Part shown: one piece after another, positions 20,365 to 31,201 of the stretch
Position numbering within the stretch: position 1 is the first letter of the stretch
Layout of the letters: the number at the start of each line of letters is the position of its first letter
Assembly (NCBI GenBank): GCA_943788315.1
Contig: CALSPU010000001.1
Span: 529,901 to 593,900, forward strand
Direction of reading: 5' to 3'
From: an uncultured Flavobacteriaceae bacterium
GTDB lineage: Bacteria; Bacteroidota; Bacteroidia; Flavobacteriales; Flavobacteriaceae
DNA length: 64,000 nt
Notes under the pieces: model-generated
What the model was told of the DNA's origin: nothing
Databases searched by the model: none
The model's input: the letters and a program-made list of their open reading frames with translations, nothing else
Position numbers and translations under genes: made by a program

Positions 20365-21654
20365 ATGAAATTAAATAAAATTTTATTCCTTGGTACCTTA
20401 ATACTTTTATCTAGTTGTTCTTCAACGTCAGATGATTCCACTTCAACTCCACCTCAAAATAATGGACCTGAATATATTTCATTATCTGCTGATGCTTCAA
20501 TTATTGAAGTTGGTGAAACTGTAACACTTACAGTTATTGATGATAATGATGATGACATCACTTCACAATCAACAATAAAAGTAGATGATTCTGCCATTAA
20601 TGGAAATACTTTTACTACCTCTGAGGCAGCAGACTACGAAATCAAAGCAACATATCAATCTACAACTAGTAATTCTGTATATGTTACCGTGAATGCTCCT
20701 GTAACCTTATCATCTGTTGAACTAACTTTATCCTCTCCTTCTATTTTTATTGGGGATATTCTTACTTTAACTGCAACTGCTGTATATACTGATAATTCCT
20801 CAGTAGATATCACCTCAGAAACAGAGTTTTATGTAGACGATGTGCTTATTTCAGGAAACGAATACACTGGAGTCGAAGAAAGTTCTATTGGAGTAAAAGC
20901 AGTATTTGAATCAACAACAAGTAGCGAATTTCAAGTTCCGATTGTAGATCCATCAAGTTTACCAGCTAGTTTTTCTAAAAAAGCAGTTATTGAAGATTTT
21001 ACAGGAACATGGTGCGGCTATTGTCCTAGAGTATCCTATGCTGCAAGTCTAGTTGAAGAACAAACGGATAAAGTTTTTGTAGTTGGTGTTCATAACGGAG
21101 ATCAAATGGCTAACAGTTTTGGTAATTCCCTAGAAAACATGTATAATATTACTGGATTCCCAACGGCTTATATAGATCGTAACAATACTTGGAATTATCC
21201 TGAGCCAAATAATATAAATCAGGCTCTAGAGGCAGCAGAGGGAACTGTTGATGTTGGTTTAGCAATTGAATCTTCATTAAATGGTTCTACTTTAGACATT
21301 ACTATTCACCAAGGATTTCTTCAAAACATGACAAATGTAAAATTACTTGTATTTATTTTAGAAGATGGAATTATAGCAAATCAATCTAATTATACCAGTT
21401 ATTATGGAGGATCAAGTACCATAACTAATTTTGAACACAATGGAGTTTTACGATATATTGCAACTGATATAATGGGTAATACAACAACCTCTACCCTTGG
21501 TATACACGAACAATCATTTAGTGTAAGCTTAAGTTCTCAAGGGGTACAAGACCCAACAAAAACAGGTGTTTTAGCAATGTTAGTAGATGATTCAGCAAGA
21601 GTTTTATACAATGCTCAATATGTTGTATCTGGCCAGAACCAAGACTTTGATTAA
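20365..21654 (+). CDS. Omp28-related lipoprotein (two Ig-like domains plus thioredoxin-like Omp28 domain)
   Basis: Lipobox LLSSC followed by an acidic/Ser linker; EDFTGTWCGYCP; GFPT; HNGVLR. Confidence 0.85.
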   Translation: MKLNKILFLGTLILLSSCSSTSDDSTSTPPQNNGPEYISLSADASIIEVGETVTLTVIDDNDDDITSQSTIKVDDSAINGNTFTTSEAADYEIKATYQSTTSNSVYVTVNAPVTLSSVELTLSSPSIFIGDILTLTATAVYTDNSSVDITSETEFYVDDVLISGNEYTGVEESSIGVKAVFESTTSSEFQVPIVDPSSLPASFSKKAVIEDFTGTWCGYCPRVSYAASLVEEQTDKVFVVGVHNGDQMANSFGNSLENMYNITGFPTAYIDRNNTWNYPEPNNINQALEAAEGTVDVGLAIESSLNGSTLDITIHQGFLQNMTNVKLLVFILEDGIIANQSNYTSYYGGSSTITNFEHNGVLRYIATDIMGNTTTSTLGIHEQSFSVSLSSQGVQDPTKTGVLAMLVDDSARVLYNAQYVVSGQNQDFD

Positions 21655-21675
21655 ATGCACTAAATATTAAAATAT

Positions 21676-21709
21676 AAAAAAAATCAGACTAATGAAGTCT
21701 GATTTTTTT
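21676..21709. terminator. Bidirectional intrinsic terminator
   Basis: A8-TCAGACT-loop-AGTCTGA-T7 between convergent genes. Confidence 0.85.
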
Positions 21710-21727
21710 ATGGATACATGTTTCTAA

Positions 21728-23353
21728 TTACGAAAGAAAAGGATATCTATAATCTGAAGCAGATACAAAGGTTTCCTTTATTAATCTTGGTGAAACCCAA
21801 CGTAATAAATTCTGAGCAGACCCAGCTTTATCATTTGTTCCTGAAGCTCTAGCACCACCAAACGGTTGTTGACCAACTACTGCACCTGAAGGCTTGTCAT
21901 TGATGTAAAAATTACCAGCACAATTTTCTAACATACGGGTTGCTTCAGTTATGGCATATCTATCTGTTGAAAAAACGGCTCCTGTTAGCGCATACTCTGA
22001 AGTAGCGTCTACTAAACTTAGCGTTTCTTCCCAGTCTGTATCTTCATATACATAAATGGTTACAACTGGTCCAAATAATTCTGTACACATGGTCGTGTAG
22101 TTAGGGTCTTTAGTTACTATTACTGTGGGTTCTATAAAGTAACCTTTAGACTTATCATAGTTTCCCCCAGCTATAATTTGAACATTAGGATCTGTTTTAG
22201 CAGCATCTATGTAGGAAGCCAATTTGTTAAAAGATCCCTCGTGAATTACTGCCGTGATAAAATTGCCCATATCTTCAGGAGACCCCATTTTGAACGAAGC
22301 TACATCCTTTTTTACATGGTCAATAATTTCATTTGCCAATGATGATGGTAAATAAATTCTTGAGGCCGCGGAGCATTTTTGTCCTTGAAATTCAAAAGCC
22401 CCACGAGATATTCCAGTAGCTACTTGTTTTGGATTCGCTGAAGGATGGGCAATAATAAAATCTTTTCCTCCTGTTTCTCCAACAATTTTAGGATATGTTT
22501 TGTAAACATGAATATTTTCTCCAATCTTTTTCCATATATCTTTAAATACATGAGTAGATCCTGTAAAATGAATACCAGCAAAATCTGGATTTTTTAAAAT
22601 AGTATCAGTGATCATAACTGGATCTCCATAAACCATATTAATAACACCATCTGGAACTCCAGCTTCTTTAAAAATGTCCATTAATACTTTCGCTGAAAAT
22701 ATTTGATGATCTGAAGGTTTCCATACTACCGTATTCCCCATCAAGGCAGCACTTGCCGGTAAGTTTCCTGCGATGGCAGTAAAGTTAAATGGAGTTATAG
22801 CATAAACAAAACCCTCCAAAGGGCGATATTCCACTCTATTCCAAACCCCTTCAGAAGAGTCTGGTTGTTCATCATATATTTGAGACATAAACTCTACATT
22901 GAAACGTAGAAAATCTATGTATTCACAAGCTGCATCTATTTCGGCCTGGTGCACAGTTTTTGATTGTGCAATCATTGTTGCGGCATTAATTTTTGCTCTA
23001 TAGGGGCCGGCTACTAATTCAGCAGCTTTTAAGAATATGGCAGCTCTTTGTTCCCAGGGCATTTGAGACCAATTTTTTCTTGCTTCTAAAGCAGCCTTTA
23101 TTGCACTTTCCACATGTGACTGCTCCCCCAGATGATATTGACCAACAACATGATGGTGGTCATGAGGAGGTGTCATATTTCTTGTATTACCGGTTCTAAT
23201 TTCTTCTTTTCCAATATACATTGGTACATCTACAGTTCCTTTAAAATATTCAGCATATTGTTTTGCAATAGCTTCTCTTTCAGGAGAGCCCGGAGCGTAT
23301 GATTTTACGGTTTCGTTAATAGCGGTTGGTACGTGAAAAAAACCTTTTCCCAT
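21728..23353 (-). CDS. pruA: 1-pyrroline-5-carboxylate (glutamate gamma-semialdehyde) dehydrogenase
   Basis: PFNFTAI, FTGST, GETGGKD, FEFQGQKCSA, QPFGGARASGTNDK. Confidence 0.93.
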   Translation of the reverse strand: MGKGFFHVPTAINETVKSYAPGSPEREAIAKQYAEYFKGTVDVPMYIGKEEIRTGNTRNMTPPHDHHHVVGQYHLGEQSHVESAIKAALEARKNWSQMPWEQRAAIFLKAAELVAGPYRAKINAATMIAQSKTVHQAEIDAACEYIDFLRFNVEFMSQIYDEQPDSSEGVWNRVEYRPLEGFVYAITPFNFTAIAGNLPASAALMGNTVVWKPSDHQIFSAKVLMDIFKEAGVPDGVINMVYGDPVMITDTILKNPDFAGIHFTGSTHVFKDIWKKIGENIHVYKTYPKIVGETGGKDFIIAHPSANPKQVATGISRGAFEFQGQKCSAASRIYLPSSLANEIIDHVKKDVASFKMGSPEDMGNFITAVIHEGSFNKLASYIDAAKTDPNVQIIAGGNYDKSKGYFIEPTVIVTKDPNYTTMCTELFGPVVTIYVYEDTDWEETLSLVDATSEYALTGAVFSTDRYAITEATRMLENCAGNFYINDKPSGAVVGQQPFGGARASGTNDKAGSAQNLLRWVSPRLIKETFVSASDYRYPFLS

Positions 23354-23655
23354 TTTCTATGTTTTTAAGTTGTAATCGTCTAATTTTTATGTCGCGAAGT
23401 TACAATTTATTTGTTAGTTTTGAGACGGATAATTTTTACAATAATCTTTTGTATAACTCAATACAAGTATGTGAAAAGTTACTTATTTCTTTTTAGAAAA
23501 TCATGTGTTATAAAGTGATGATAGCACTATGAATACTTCTTCATTTCAACTATAAATTTTCAAATAAATACAACCAATGGATGTGAAATTATCACACTAG
23601 ATTTTTTAGGGTTTACTTTCTTTCAAATAGTTGAAATGTTTTTGATTTTTAAGAA

Positions 23656-24889
23656 TTAGCGTTCTCCGGTGTATTGAATAGATCCAACTCCAATAACTCT
23701 GTCAAACAACGAACCGAAAGCCTTGTGGTAAACAATGACAGTATACATATTTTCAGTTTGTGAAAAGTTACCTCTAATTTCAGATTCTGAAATCAAATTT
23801 TCAGCGGATTTTGTAACAAATGTGTAATTATAAAACCCCTGTTTTAATAAAAAGTTGACGTTGTATTGGTTAGTCAAAGGGTCAAAATTCATTTTATTTT
23901 CCTCAGTAAGATTAAAATTATTGAATGCACCGTATACATAAACTTCTTTATTTTCAATCTCTTTTCCAGTTTTTAAAGAGAAATACATCATTGCGTAATC
24001 TGCCTCTGTCTTTGGATTTGTTGCTTCAATATTTCGGATTACAAACTGGCCATTAATATCTGGATTATAGCTGTATGATTTTAATCCTCTGTTAATGTAA
24101 GGGTATAAATAGTTGTGAACTATTTCTTTACGTTCGGATCTGGCAATACTTACACTAGCATTTCTAATGTTTTTATTGTCAAAAAACAAGTACTCATTTC
24201 CTCCCCAAAAATTAGTTTTTTTTAATGTAATTGTAAACAAGTTGATTTGGTTTGTAAAATTGAGGTTGAATTTTAGTGATGGCTGTTTTCCAATTTTCAT
24301 TTTGTAAAATAGCTACATGAATTTCTTGGCTAGGATTATTAATTTGAAGACGAGAATGATTTACCAAAAATTGAACAGTTTGTTCTTTATCCATATTTTT
24401 TGTGTTTCTGCTTCTACTAGCTGATACACCAACAATTGCAATATTTTCATATAAAGTAAAGCGTCTTGTAAAAACCACATCTCCAACATCATCTAAAATA
24501 GAAAGAAGATAATTTCCGCTTTTTGTAATTTTTGTGTTTTGATTAGGAAATTGTACAGTATAATGCGTGTAGTTTTGAAATGTGTTAAATGAATTTTCTA
24601 CATCAAAAATTACATTTGATTGAAATCCATTTATGTATTGGTTTGATATTAAGTTGCTTTCTCTCCAATCGTGAGTCATTAACTGTATTTTGTAATAATA
24701 TTCTTTTTGATCTCCATCTAAATCATCAAAGTTCAATTCTATCGTATTTCCTAATGGGATAATATGATTGAAAGTGGTTTTATTTAGGGATTGAAATTGA
24801 ATAGATTTAATATTGGGTGGTGCTGTTTCTTGTGCATTAAGTTGATTTATGATTAGTAAGAAAAAAAATGTAATAAGTGTATTTTTCAT
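23656..24889 (-). CDS. Type IX secretion system plug protein (DUF5103-like); frameshift near 24215, likely error
   Basis: Two overlapping ORFs; FDDL, SFNT...YTHY, SGNY, GGNEY, LKQGFYNY, TENxY motifs. Confidence 0.8.
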
Positions 24890-25092
24890 AAAAATCGTAT
24901 CATTTATTTTAATAATTATTGGGCGTATTTATTACAAATTTAATGAATATAAAACAAGATCAATAATTGATCTATTTAGAATAATTATAAATAAGTTTAA
25001 ATCACTAATTTAAAGCTCTTTTTGTTCCAACATCCTAAGCAAAATCTTTAAATTTGCATGATTTTTTTAGATAACTAAATTTCGAAAGTAAC

Positions 25093-26442
25093 ATGTCAAA
25101 AGACATTCGTATTAAAAAAGGTTTAGACATTAAACTTGTTGGTGAGGCAACACTCACTTCAAACAAATTGCCTGTCAAAGGCATGTTTGCCCTAAAACCT
25201 CAAGACTTTCACGGAATCATTCCAAAACTTATTGCAAAAGAAGGCGCTGAAGTAAAAGCAGGAGAATCAATTTTTTATTCAAAAAGTGATGACCGTATTT
25301 TATTCCCTAGTCCAGTTAGTGGAAAAGTAATAGAGATAATTCGTGGAGCAAAACGTAAAATTATCAGCATTAAGATTGCTGCTGATGGAAAACAATCATT
25401 CAAAGATTTTGGCAAACAAGATGCGGATAAAATGTCTGCTGAAGAAGTCAAAAATCACTTATTAAGTTCTGGTTGTTGGCCATTTGTCAAGCAGCGTCCA
25501 TTTGATATTATTGCAAATCCAAGCCAAAGTCCAAAAGCAATTTTTATTTCAGCATATGCTAGTTCACCACTAGCAGCTAATTATGATTATACTTTAGCTG
25601 GGAAAGAAGAAGAATTACAGGCTGCCTTGACAGCGATTTCAAAATTAACAACTGGTAGCGTTCATGTTTCAGTTGGTAAAGATTCAAATTCACCTTTCTC
25701 TGGATTAAAAAATATTGAATTACACAGTGTTTCTGGTCCACATCCCGTAGGAAACGTAAGTACTCAAATTTCACAAATAGATCCCTTAAACAAGGGAGAA
25801 GTAGTTTGGGTAATTAATCCACATGATCTTTTGGTTATTGGAGAATTATTGTTAACAGGAAAATTTAATATCACAAGAACTTTAGCGCTAACAGGTTCTC
25901 AATTTGAGAACCCCTCTTACCTGTCAGTTATTGCTGGTGCCTCTATTTCGGATGTTGTAGCTAAGAACATAAATATTGACAATACAAGAATTATTAGTGG
26001 GAATGTTTTATCTGGAACACAAGTTTCCGAAGATGATTTCTTAGGCTACTATGACAACCAAATTACGGCAATACCAGAAGGAGATGATTATGAATTTTTT
26101 GGATGGAATAAGCCTGTTTTTAATAAGATTTCTCCATCTAGAGCATTAACTTTTTCTTGGTTAACTCCAAAGAAAAAATATGATTTAAATACCAATACAA
26201 ATGGAGAGCATAGAGCATTTGTTGTTACTGGATCTTATGAGAATGTATTTCCTCTAGATATATTTCCTTTACAATTTTTAAAAGCGTGTATGTATCAAGA
26301 TTTAGATGAGATGGAAAATTTAGGAGGTTACGAAGTTGCTCCTGAAGATTTTGCACTTACAGAGTTTATCTGTGTATCGAAACAACCCCATCAGAAGATT
26401 GTTAGAGAAGGATTAGATTTAATGAAAGAAGAATTAGGCTAA
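25093..26442 (+). CDS. nqrA: Na+-translocating NADH:quinone reductase subunit A
   Basis: IKKGLDI, SPVSG, GPHPVG, PEDFALTEFIC. Confidence 0.96.
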   Translation: MSKDIRIKKGLDIKLVGEATLTSNKLPVKGMFALKPQDFHGIIPKLIAKEGAEVKAGESIFYSKSDDRILFPSPVSGKVIEIIRGAKRKIISIKIAADGKQSFKDFGKQDADKMSAEEVKNHLLSSGCWPFVKQRPFDIIANPSQSPKAIFISAYASSPLAANYDYTLAGKEEELQAALTAISKLTTGSVHVSVGKDSNSPFSGLKNIELHSVSGPHPVGNVSTQISQIDPLNKGEVVWVINPHDLLVIGELLLTGKFNITRTLALTGSQFENPSYLSVIAGASISDVVAKNINIDNTRIISGNVLSGTQVSEDDFLGYYDNQITAIPEGDDYEFFGWNKPVFNKISPSRALTFSWLTPKKKYDLNTNTNGEHRAFVVTGSYENVFPLDIFPLQFLKACMYQDLDEMENLGGYEVAPEDFALTEFICVSKQPHQKIVREGLDLMKEELG

Positions 26443-26456
26443 AAAATTAATATCAA

Positions 26457-27668
26457 ATGAGCTTAAAAAGTAATTTACATAATTTAAAAGAGAAGTATAA
26501 AGGAACAAAGATGGCTCCTGCGTTCAACGCAATCCATACTTTTTTATACTTACCAAATGAGGTAACTCATAATGGAACTCACATAAAAGCAGCAGATGAT
26601 TTAAAGCGTACCATGAATATTGTAATCATGGCTTTAATACCATGTTTGTTGTTTGGTATGTTCAATGCAGGCTACCAACATTACGCAGCAATTGATGCCG
26701 CTAAAGGAATAACTACAGAATTTTCTGTTCTAGGTAGTTTTATTACCTGGGATAATTTTTGGATTGGAATTATTAAAGTACTTCCATTAGTTGTTGTATC
26801 CTATGGAGTAGGATTGTTAGTGGAATTTATTTTTGCTGTAATTAAAGGACATGAAGTAGAAGAAGGATATTTAGTAACAGGAATGTTAGTGCCATTAATA
26901 GTACCCATAGACACTCCATTATGGATGCTTTCAGTAGCTGTAGTTTTTGGAGTTGTTATTGGAAAAGAAGTCTTTGGAGGAACAGGAATGAATATTTTAA
27001 ACCCTGCATTAACCATTAGAGCATTTTTATTCTTTGCGTATCCAACTTGGATGAGTGGAGACAAAGTATGGGTATATGATGCAGTGAATAGAGTAGGAAC
27101 AGCCGATGCAATTTCTGGAGAAACAATCTTAGGAAGTTATGCACAAAATCAAGAAATAGTATATTCTAACTGGGATATATTCTTTGGTTTTATTCCGGGT
27201 TCAGTTGGAGAAACGTCTACTTTTTTAATTTTATTAGGTGCTGCTTTTTTGATTTTTACTAAGATTGGTAGTTGGAGAATTATTCTATCTACTTTTATTG
27301 GAGCTGCTGTAATGGGAATTATTTTTAATCAAATAGTTGCATTAGATATTATTACTGATTCCAGTAAATTTTATGGTTTAATGAATACCAATTGGTGGCA
27401 ACACCTAATGATTGGAGGCTTAGCCTTTGGAGCTGTTTTTATGGCTACTGACCCTGTAACAGGTTCGCAAACAAATAAAGGAAAATGGATCTACGGTTTC
27501 TTAATTGGATTTATCTCCATTATGATACGTGTATTCAATCCAGCATATCCAGAAGGTGTATTCTTAGCTATTCTTCTAATGAATGTATTTGCACCAACAA
27601 TAGACCATTACGTTGTCCAAGGGAATGTAAAGAAAAGATTAAAACGTTTAAAAGCTAAAACTGCATAG
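26457..27668 (+). CDS. nqrB: NQR subunit B
   Basis: DLKRTM, KEVFGGTG, MATDPV; FMN site SGET. Confidence 0.96.
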   Translation: MSLKSNLHNLKEKYKGTKMAPAFNAIHTFLYLPNEVTHNGTHIKAADDLKRTMNIVIMALIPCLLFGMFNAGYQHYAAIDAAKGITTEFSVLGSFITWDNFWIGIIKVLPLVVVSYGVGLLVEFIFAVIKGHEVEEGYLVTGMLVPLIVPIDTPLWMLSVAVVFGVVIGKEVFGGTGMNILNPALTIRAFLFFAYPTWMSGDKVWVYDAVNRVGTADAISGETILGSYAQNQEIVYSNWDIFFGFIPGSVGETSTFLILLGAAFLIFTKIGSWRIILSTFIGAAVMGIIFNQIVALDIITDSSKFYGLMNTNWWQHLMIGGLAFGAVFMATDPVTGSQTNKGKWIYGFLIGFISIMIRVFNPAYPEGVFLAILLMNVFAPTIDHYVVQGNVKKRLKRLKAKTA

Positions 27669-27670
27669 TT

Positions 27671-28417
27671 ATGTCTAAAAAAACAGATAGTAATTCATAT
27701 ACAATGATTTTTGCCATAGGAATGGTATTGGTTGTTGGTTCTTTATTAGCTTTTTTAGCATCGTCTTTAAAACCTAATATTAGTGAGAATAAACGAATAG
27801 AAAAGCAACAAAACATTCTGTACGCTATGGGTGTTAACGAAAACGATGAGTCAAGCGCTATTTTCGTTTCCACATCAGTTGCAGAACAAGAATTTCAAAA
27901 ATATATAAAAAAGCAGCTAGTTATTGAAGGCGATAATTTTTCAGAAGATGATAAAGCCTACATGATAGATGTAAAAAAAGAAAAATCAAAAGCAAAAAAC
28001 GGAGGCACTAGAAAACTCCCTCTATTTGTTGGGGAGAAAGATGGTAAAACGTTCTATATAGCTCCAATAAGAGGTAAAGGGCTCTGGGATGCTATTTGGG
28101 GATATGTTGCTATGGACGAAAATATGATTGTTCAAGGAGCGTATTTTGATCATAAAGGAGAAACACCAGGTTTAGGTGCCAACATAAAATACCGTTTTTT
28201 TATGGATGATTTTAAAGGAGAACATTTATTAGATGCTTCAGGGAATTTTAAAGGAATTCGAGTAGCTAAGGGAAATAATGATCCTAAGAACGATGAGAAA
28301 ACAGATTATGAAGTTGATGCCATAGCAGGAGCAACTATAACTGGCGACGGAGTTTCAGCGATGATTAAATCTGATTTGAAATTATACGTTGATTATTTCA
28401 AAACATTAAAACAATAA
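27671..28417 (+). CDS. nqrC: NQR subunit C
   Basis: GKGLW, ETPGLG, DAIAGAT FMN site. Confidence 0.96.
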   Translation: MSKKTDSNSYTMIFAIGMVLVVGSLLAFLASSLKPNISENKRIEKQQNILYAMGVNENDESSAIFVSTSVAEQEFQKYIKKQLVIEGDNFSEDDKAYMIDVKKEKSKAKNGGTRKLPLFVGEKDGKTFYIAPIRGKGLWDAIWGYVAMDENMIVQGAYFDHKGETPGLGANIKYRFFMDDFKGEHLLDASGNFKGIRVAKGNNDPKNDEKTDYEVDAIAGATITGDGVSAMIKSDLKLYVDYFKTLKQ

Positions 28418-28421
28418 TTTT

Positions 28422-29069
28422 ATGGGACTTTTATCAAAGAAAGACGCAAAATTAATTACAGACCCACTAACAGATAATAACCCTATTACAATCCAAGTAC
28501 TAGGAATTTGTTCTGCATTAGCTATTACAGCTGAATTGAAAGCTTCAATTGTAATGTCTGTTTCTGTATTATTTGTTTTAGGTCTAGGAAATGTAGTGAT
28601 TTCATTAATGCGAAATATTATTCCTTCAAAAATTAGAATTATTGTTCAATTAATAGTTGTAGCAACACTTGTAATTATTGTGGATTTAGTTTTAAAAGCT
28701 TTTGCTTATGAACTCAGTAAAACACTCTCAGTATTTGTAGGCTTAATCATTACTAACTGTATTATCATGGGACGATTTGAAGCCTTTGCTTTAGGAAATG
28801 GGCCTTGGAAATCTTTTTTGGATGGCGTTGGAAACTCTTTAGGGTACGCAGTTATTCTAATTATAGTAGGATTTTTTAGAGAGTTATTAGGTTCTGGAAC
28901 TTTATTAGGAATCCAAGTTTTAGGAGATCCAATTGAAAAAACAGGTTTGTACGCTTTTGGATATGAAAATAATGGATTCATGTTATTGTCTCCAATGGCC
29001 TTAATTGTAGTTGGTTTAATTATTTGGGTACAACGAAGTAGAAACCAAGCATTAATTGAAGAAAATTAA
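28422..29069 (+). CDS. nqrD: NQR subunit D
   Basis: NNP..QVLGICSALA, LIITNCIIMGR. Confidence 0.96.
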   Translation: MGLLSKKDAKLITDPLTDNNPITIQVLGICSALAITAELKASIVMSVSVLFVLGLGNVVISLMRNIIPSKIRIIVQLIVVATLVIIVDLVLKAFAYELSKTLSVFVGLIITNCIIMGRFEAFALGNGPWKSFLDGVGNSLGYAVILIIVGFFRELLGSGTLLGIQVLGDPIEKTGLYAFGYENNGFMLLSPMALIVVGLIIWVQRSRNQALIEEN

Positions 29070-29075
29070 AATATC

Positions 29076-29834
29076 ATGGAACATTTAGAATTATTTTTCA
29101 AATCGATATTTATAGACAACATGGTCTTTGCAACATTTTTAGGGATGTGCTCTTACCTTGCTGTCTCAAAAAAAGTAACCACAGCTGTTGGTTTAGGAGC
29201 TGCTGTCATCTTTGTATTGGCAGTTACCGTTCCATTAAACTGGTTGTTAGATCAATATTTATTACAAGAAGGTGCTTTAGTTTGGTTAGGTCCAGAATAT
29301 GCAGATTATGACTTGAGCTTTTTATCATTTATCATGTTTATAGCAACGATAGCAACAATGGTTCAATTGGTTGAAATTATTGTTGAGAAGTTTTCACCTT
29401 CATTATACAATTCTCTAGGAATTTTCTTACCCTTAATTGCGGTGAATTGTGCCATTTTAGGGGGGTCGTTGTTTATGCAATCTCGAGAGATTCCAAGTTT
29501 AGGTTTGGCCTTAACTTATGGGGTTGGATCTGGTATTGGATGGTTTTTAGCGATTTTGGCTATTGCAGCTATCCGAGAAAAGATTCGCTATTCTAGTGTT
29601 CCACCAGCGCTAAGAGGTTTGGGGATTACATTTATTATAACCGGTCTTATGGCTATTGGATTTATGAGTTTTGGGGGGATGTTAACCGGAGGTGATGAAG
29701 AAACAAAAGAAAAAAATACTGAAGCTACTTTATCTAATAATTTAGAAAAAGAATCTAAAGTAATAACGATTGATACTGCTAAAAAAAGTGAGCATGAAGA
29801 AGTAGCAGTTAACATTAAAGAAACACAAAATTAG
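29076..29834 (+). CDS. nqrE: NQR subunit E with charged C-terminal extension
   Basis: [25 protein letters not shown]. Confidence 0.95.
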   Translation: MEHLELFFKSIFIDNMVFATFLGMCSYLAVSKKVTTAVGLGAAVIFVLAVTVPLNWLLDQYLLQEGALVWLGPEYADYDLSFLSFIMFIATIATMVQLVEIIVEKFSPSLYNSLGIFLPLIAVNCAILGGSLFMQSREIPSLGLALTYGVGSGIGWFLAILAIAAIREKIRYSSVPPALRGLGITFIITGLMAIGFMSFGGMLTGGDEETKEKNTEATLSNNLEKESKVITIDTAKKSEHEEVAVNIKETQN

Positions 29835-29835
29835 T

Positions 29836-31146
29836 ATGATTTCATTAGCAGCAAGCACCACAGGAACTATTTTAGCAACCGTAGCAGCTTTTTTATTGAT
29901 TACACTGTTGTTGGTAGCATTATTATTGTTTGTAAAACAAAAATTATCTCCATCGGGTCCAGTTACTATAACCATTAATGGAGAGAAAAAAATTGAAGTT
30001 GCTTCAGGTAGTACATTATTAACAACTTTAGGAAGCGAAAAAATATTTTTACCTTCAGCATGTGGTGGTGGAGGATCTTGTGTTCAATGTGAGTGTCACG
30101 TAAATTCTGGAGGTGGAGAAGCTTTACCAACAGAAACACCCCATTTTTCTAGAAAAGAACTAAAACATGGAATTCGTTTAGCTTGTCAAGTTAAGGTGAA
30201 ACAAGATATGGATATTTCAATTCCGGAAGAAATATTTGGAATTAAGAAATGGGATGCAACTGTAGTTCGTAACTACAATGTAGCCTCTTTTATTAAAGAG
30301 TTTGTTGTTGAAATTCCAAAAGATATGGGATATAAAGCAGGAGGTTATATTCAAATTGAAATTCCTAACTGTGAGGTTAAGTTTTCCGATATTGATATCA
30401 CAGCACATCCAGAAGAACACGAAACTCCTGATAAATTCCAAGCAGAATGGGATAAGTTTGGTTTATGGCCTTTAGTCATGAAAAATAATGAAACCGTAGA
30501 GCGTGCTTATTCAATGGCTTCTTATCCTGCAGAAGGAAGAGAGATTATGTTAAATGTCCGTATAGCAACTCCACCATGGGATCGTTCAAAGAATGGTTGG
30601 ATGGATGTAAATCCAGGTGTGGCTTCATCATACATCTTCGCTCAAAAACCAGGAGATAAAGTAGTCATTTCTGGACCTTATGGTGAATTTTTCATCAATG
30701 AATCTGATTCAGAAATGTTATATGTTGGTGGAGGTGCAGGAATGGCTCCGATGCGTTCTCATTTATATCACCTCTTTAAAACTCTAAAAACAGGACGTAA
30801 AGTTACGTATTGGTATGGAGGTAGATCAAAAAGAGAGTTATTTTACATAGACCATTTTAAGTCTCTAGAAAGAGATTTCCCGAACTTTAAATTCTACATG
30901 GCTTTATCTGAACCAATGGAAGAAGACAACTGGAAAGTTAAAGAAGGAATTGATGGTGATGGTGACGGTTTTACCGGATTCATTCATAATTGTGTTATCG
31001 ATAACTATTTAAATCATCATGATTCGCCAGAAGACATTGAATTGTATTTTTGTGGACCACCATTAATGAATAAAGCGGTACAAAAAATGGGAGAAGACTT
31101 TGGTATTCCTGATGAAAATATCAGATTTGATGACTTTGGAGGTTAA
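29836..31146 (+). CDS. nqrF: NQR subunit F
   Basis: CGGGGSCVQC 2Fe-2S, RAYSMA, GGAGMAP, FDDFGG. Confidence 0.97.
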   Translation: MISLAASTTGTILATVAAFLLITLLLVALLLFVKQKLSPSGPVTITINGEKKIEVASGSTLLTTLGSEKIFLPSACGGGGSCVQCECHVNSGGGEALPTETPHFSRKELKHGIRLACQVKVKQDMDISIPEEIFGIKKWDATVVRNYNVASFIKEFVVEIPKDMGYKAGGYIQIEIPNCEVKFSDIDITAHPEEHETPDKFQAEWDKFGLWPLVMKNNETVERAYSMASYPAEGREIMLNVRIATPPWDRSKNGWMDVNPGVASSYIFAQKPGDKVVISGPYGEFFINESDSEMLYVGGGAGMAPMRSHLYHLFKTLKTGRKVTYWYGGRSKRELFYIDHFKSLERDFPNFKFYMALSEPMEEDNWKVKEGIDGDGDGFTGFIHNCVIDNYLNHHDSPEDIELYFCGPPLMNKAVQKMGEDFGIPDENIRFDDFGG

Positions 31147-31169
31147 TTTTAACTCATTTCCAATCCTAT

Positions 31170-31201
31170 AAAAAAACCAGCAAAATCTGCTGGTTTTTTT
31201 T
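31170..31201. terminator. Bidirectional terminator after nqrF
   Basis: A7-CCAGCA-loop-TGCTGG-T8. Confidence 0.85.
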
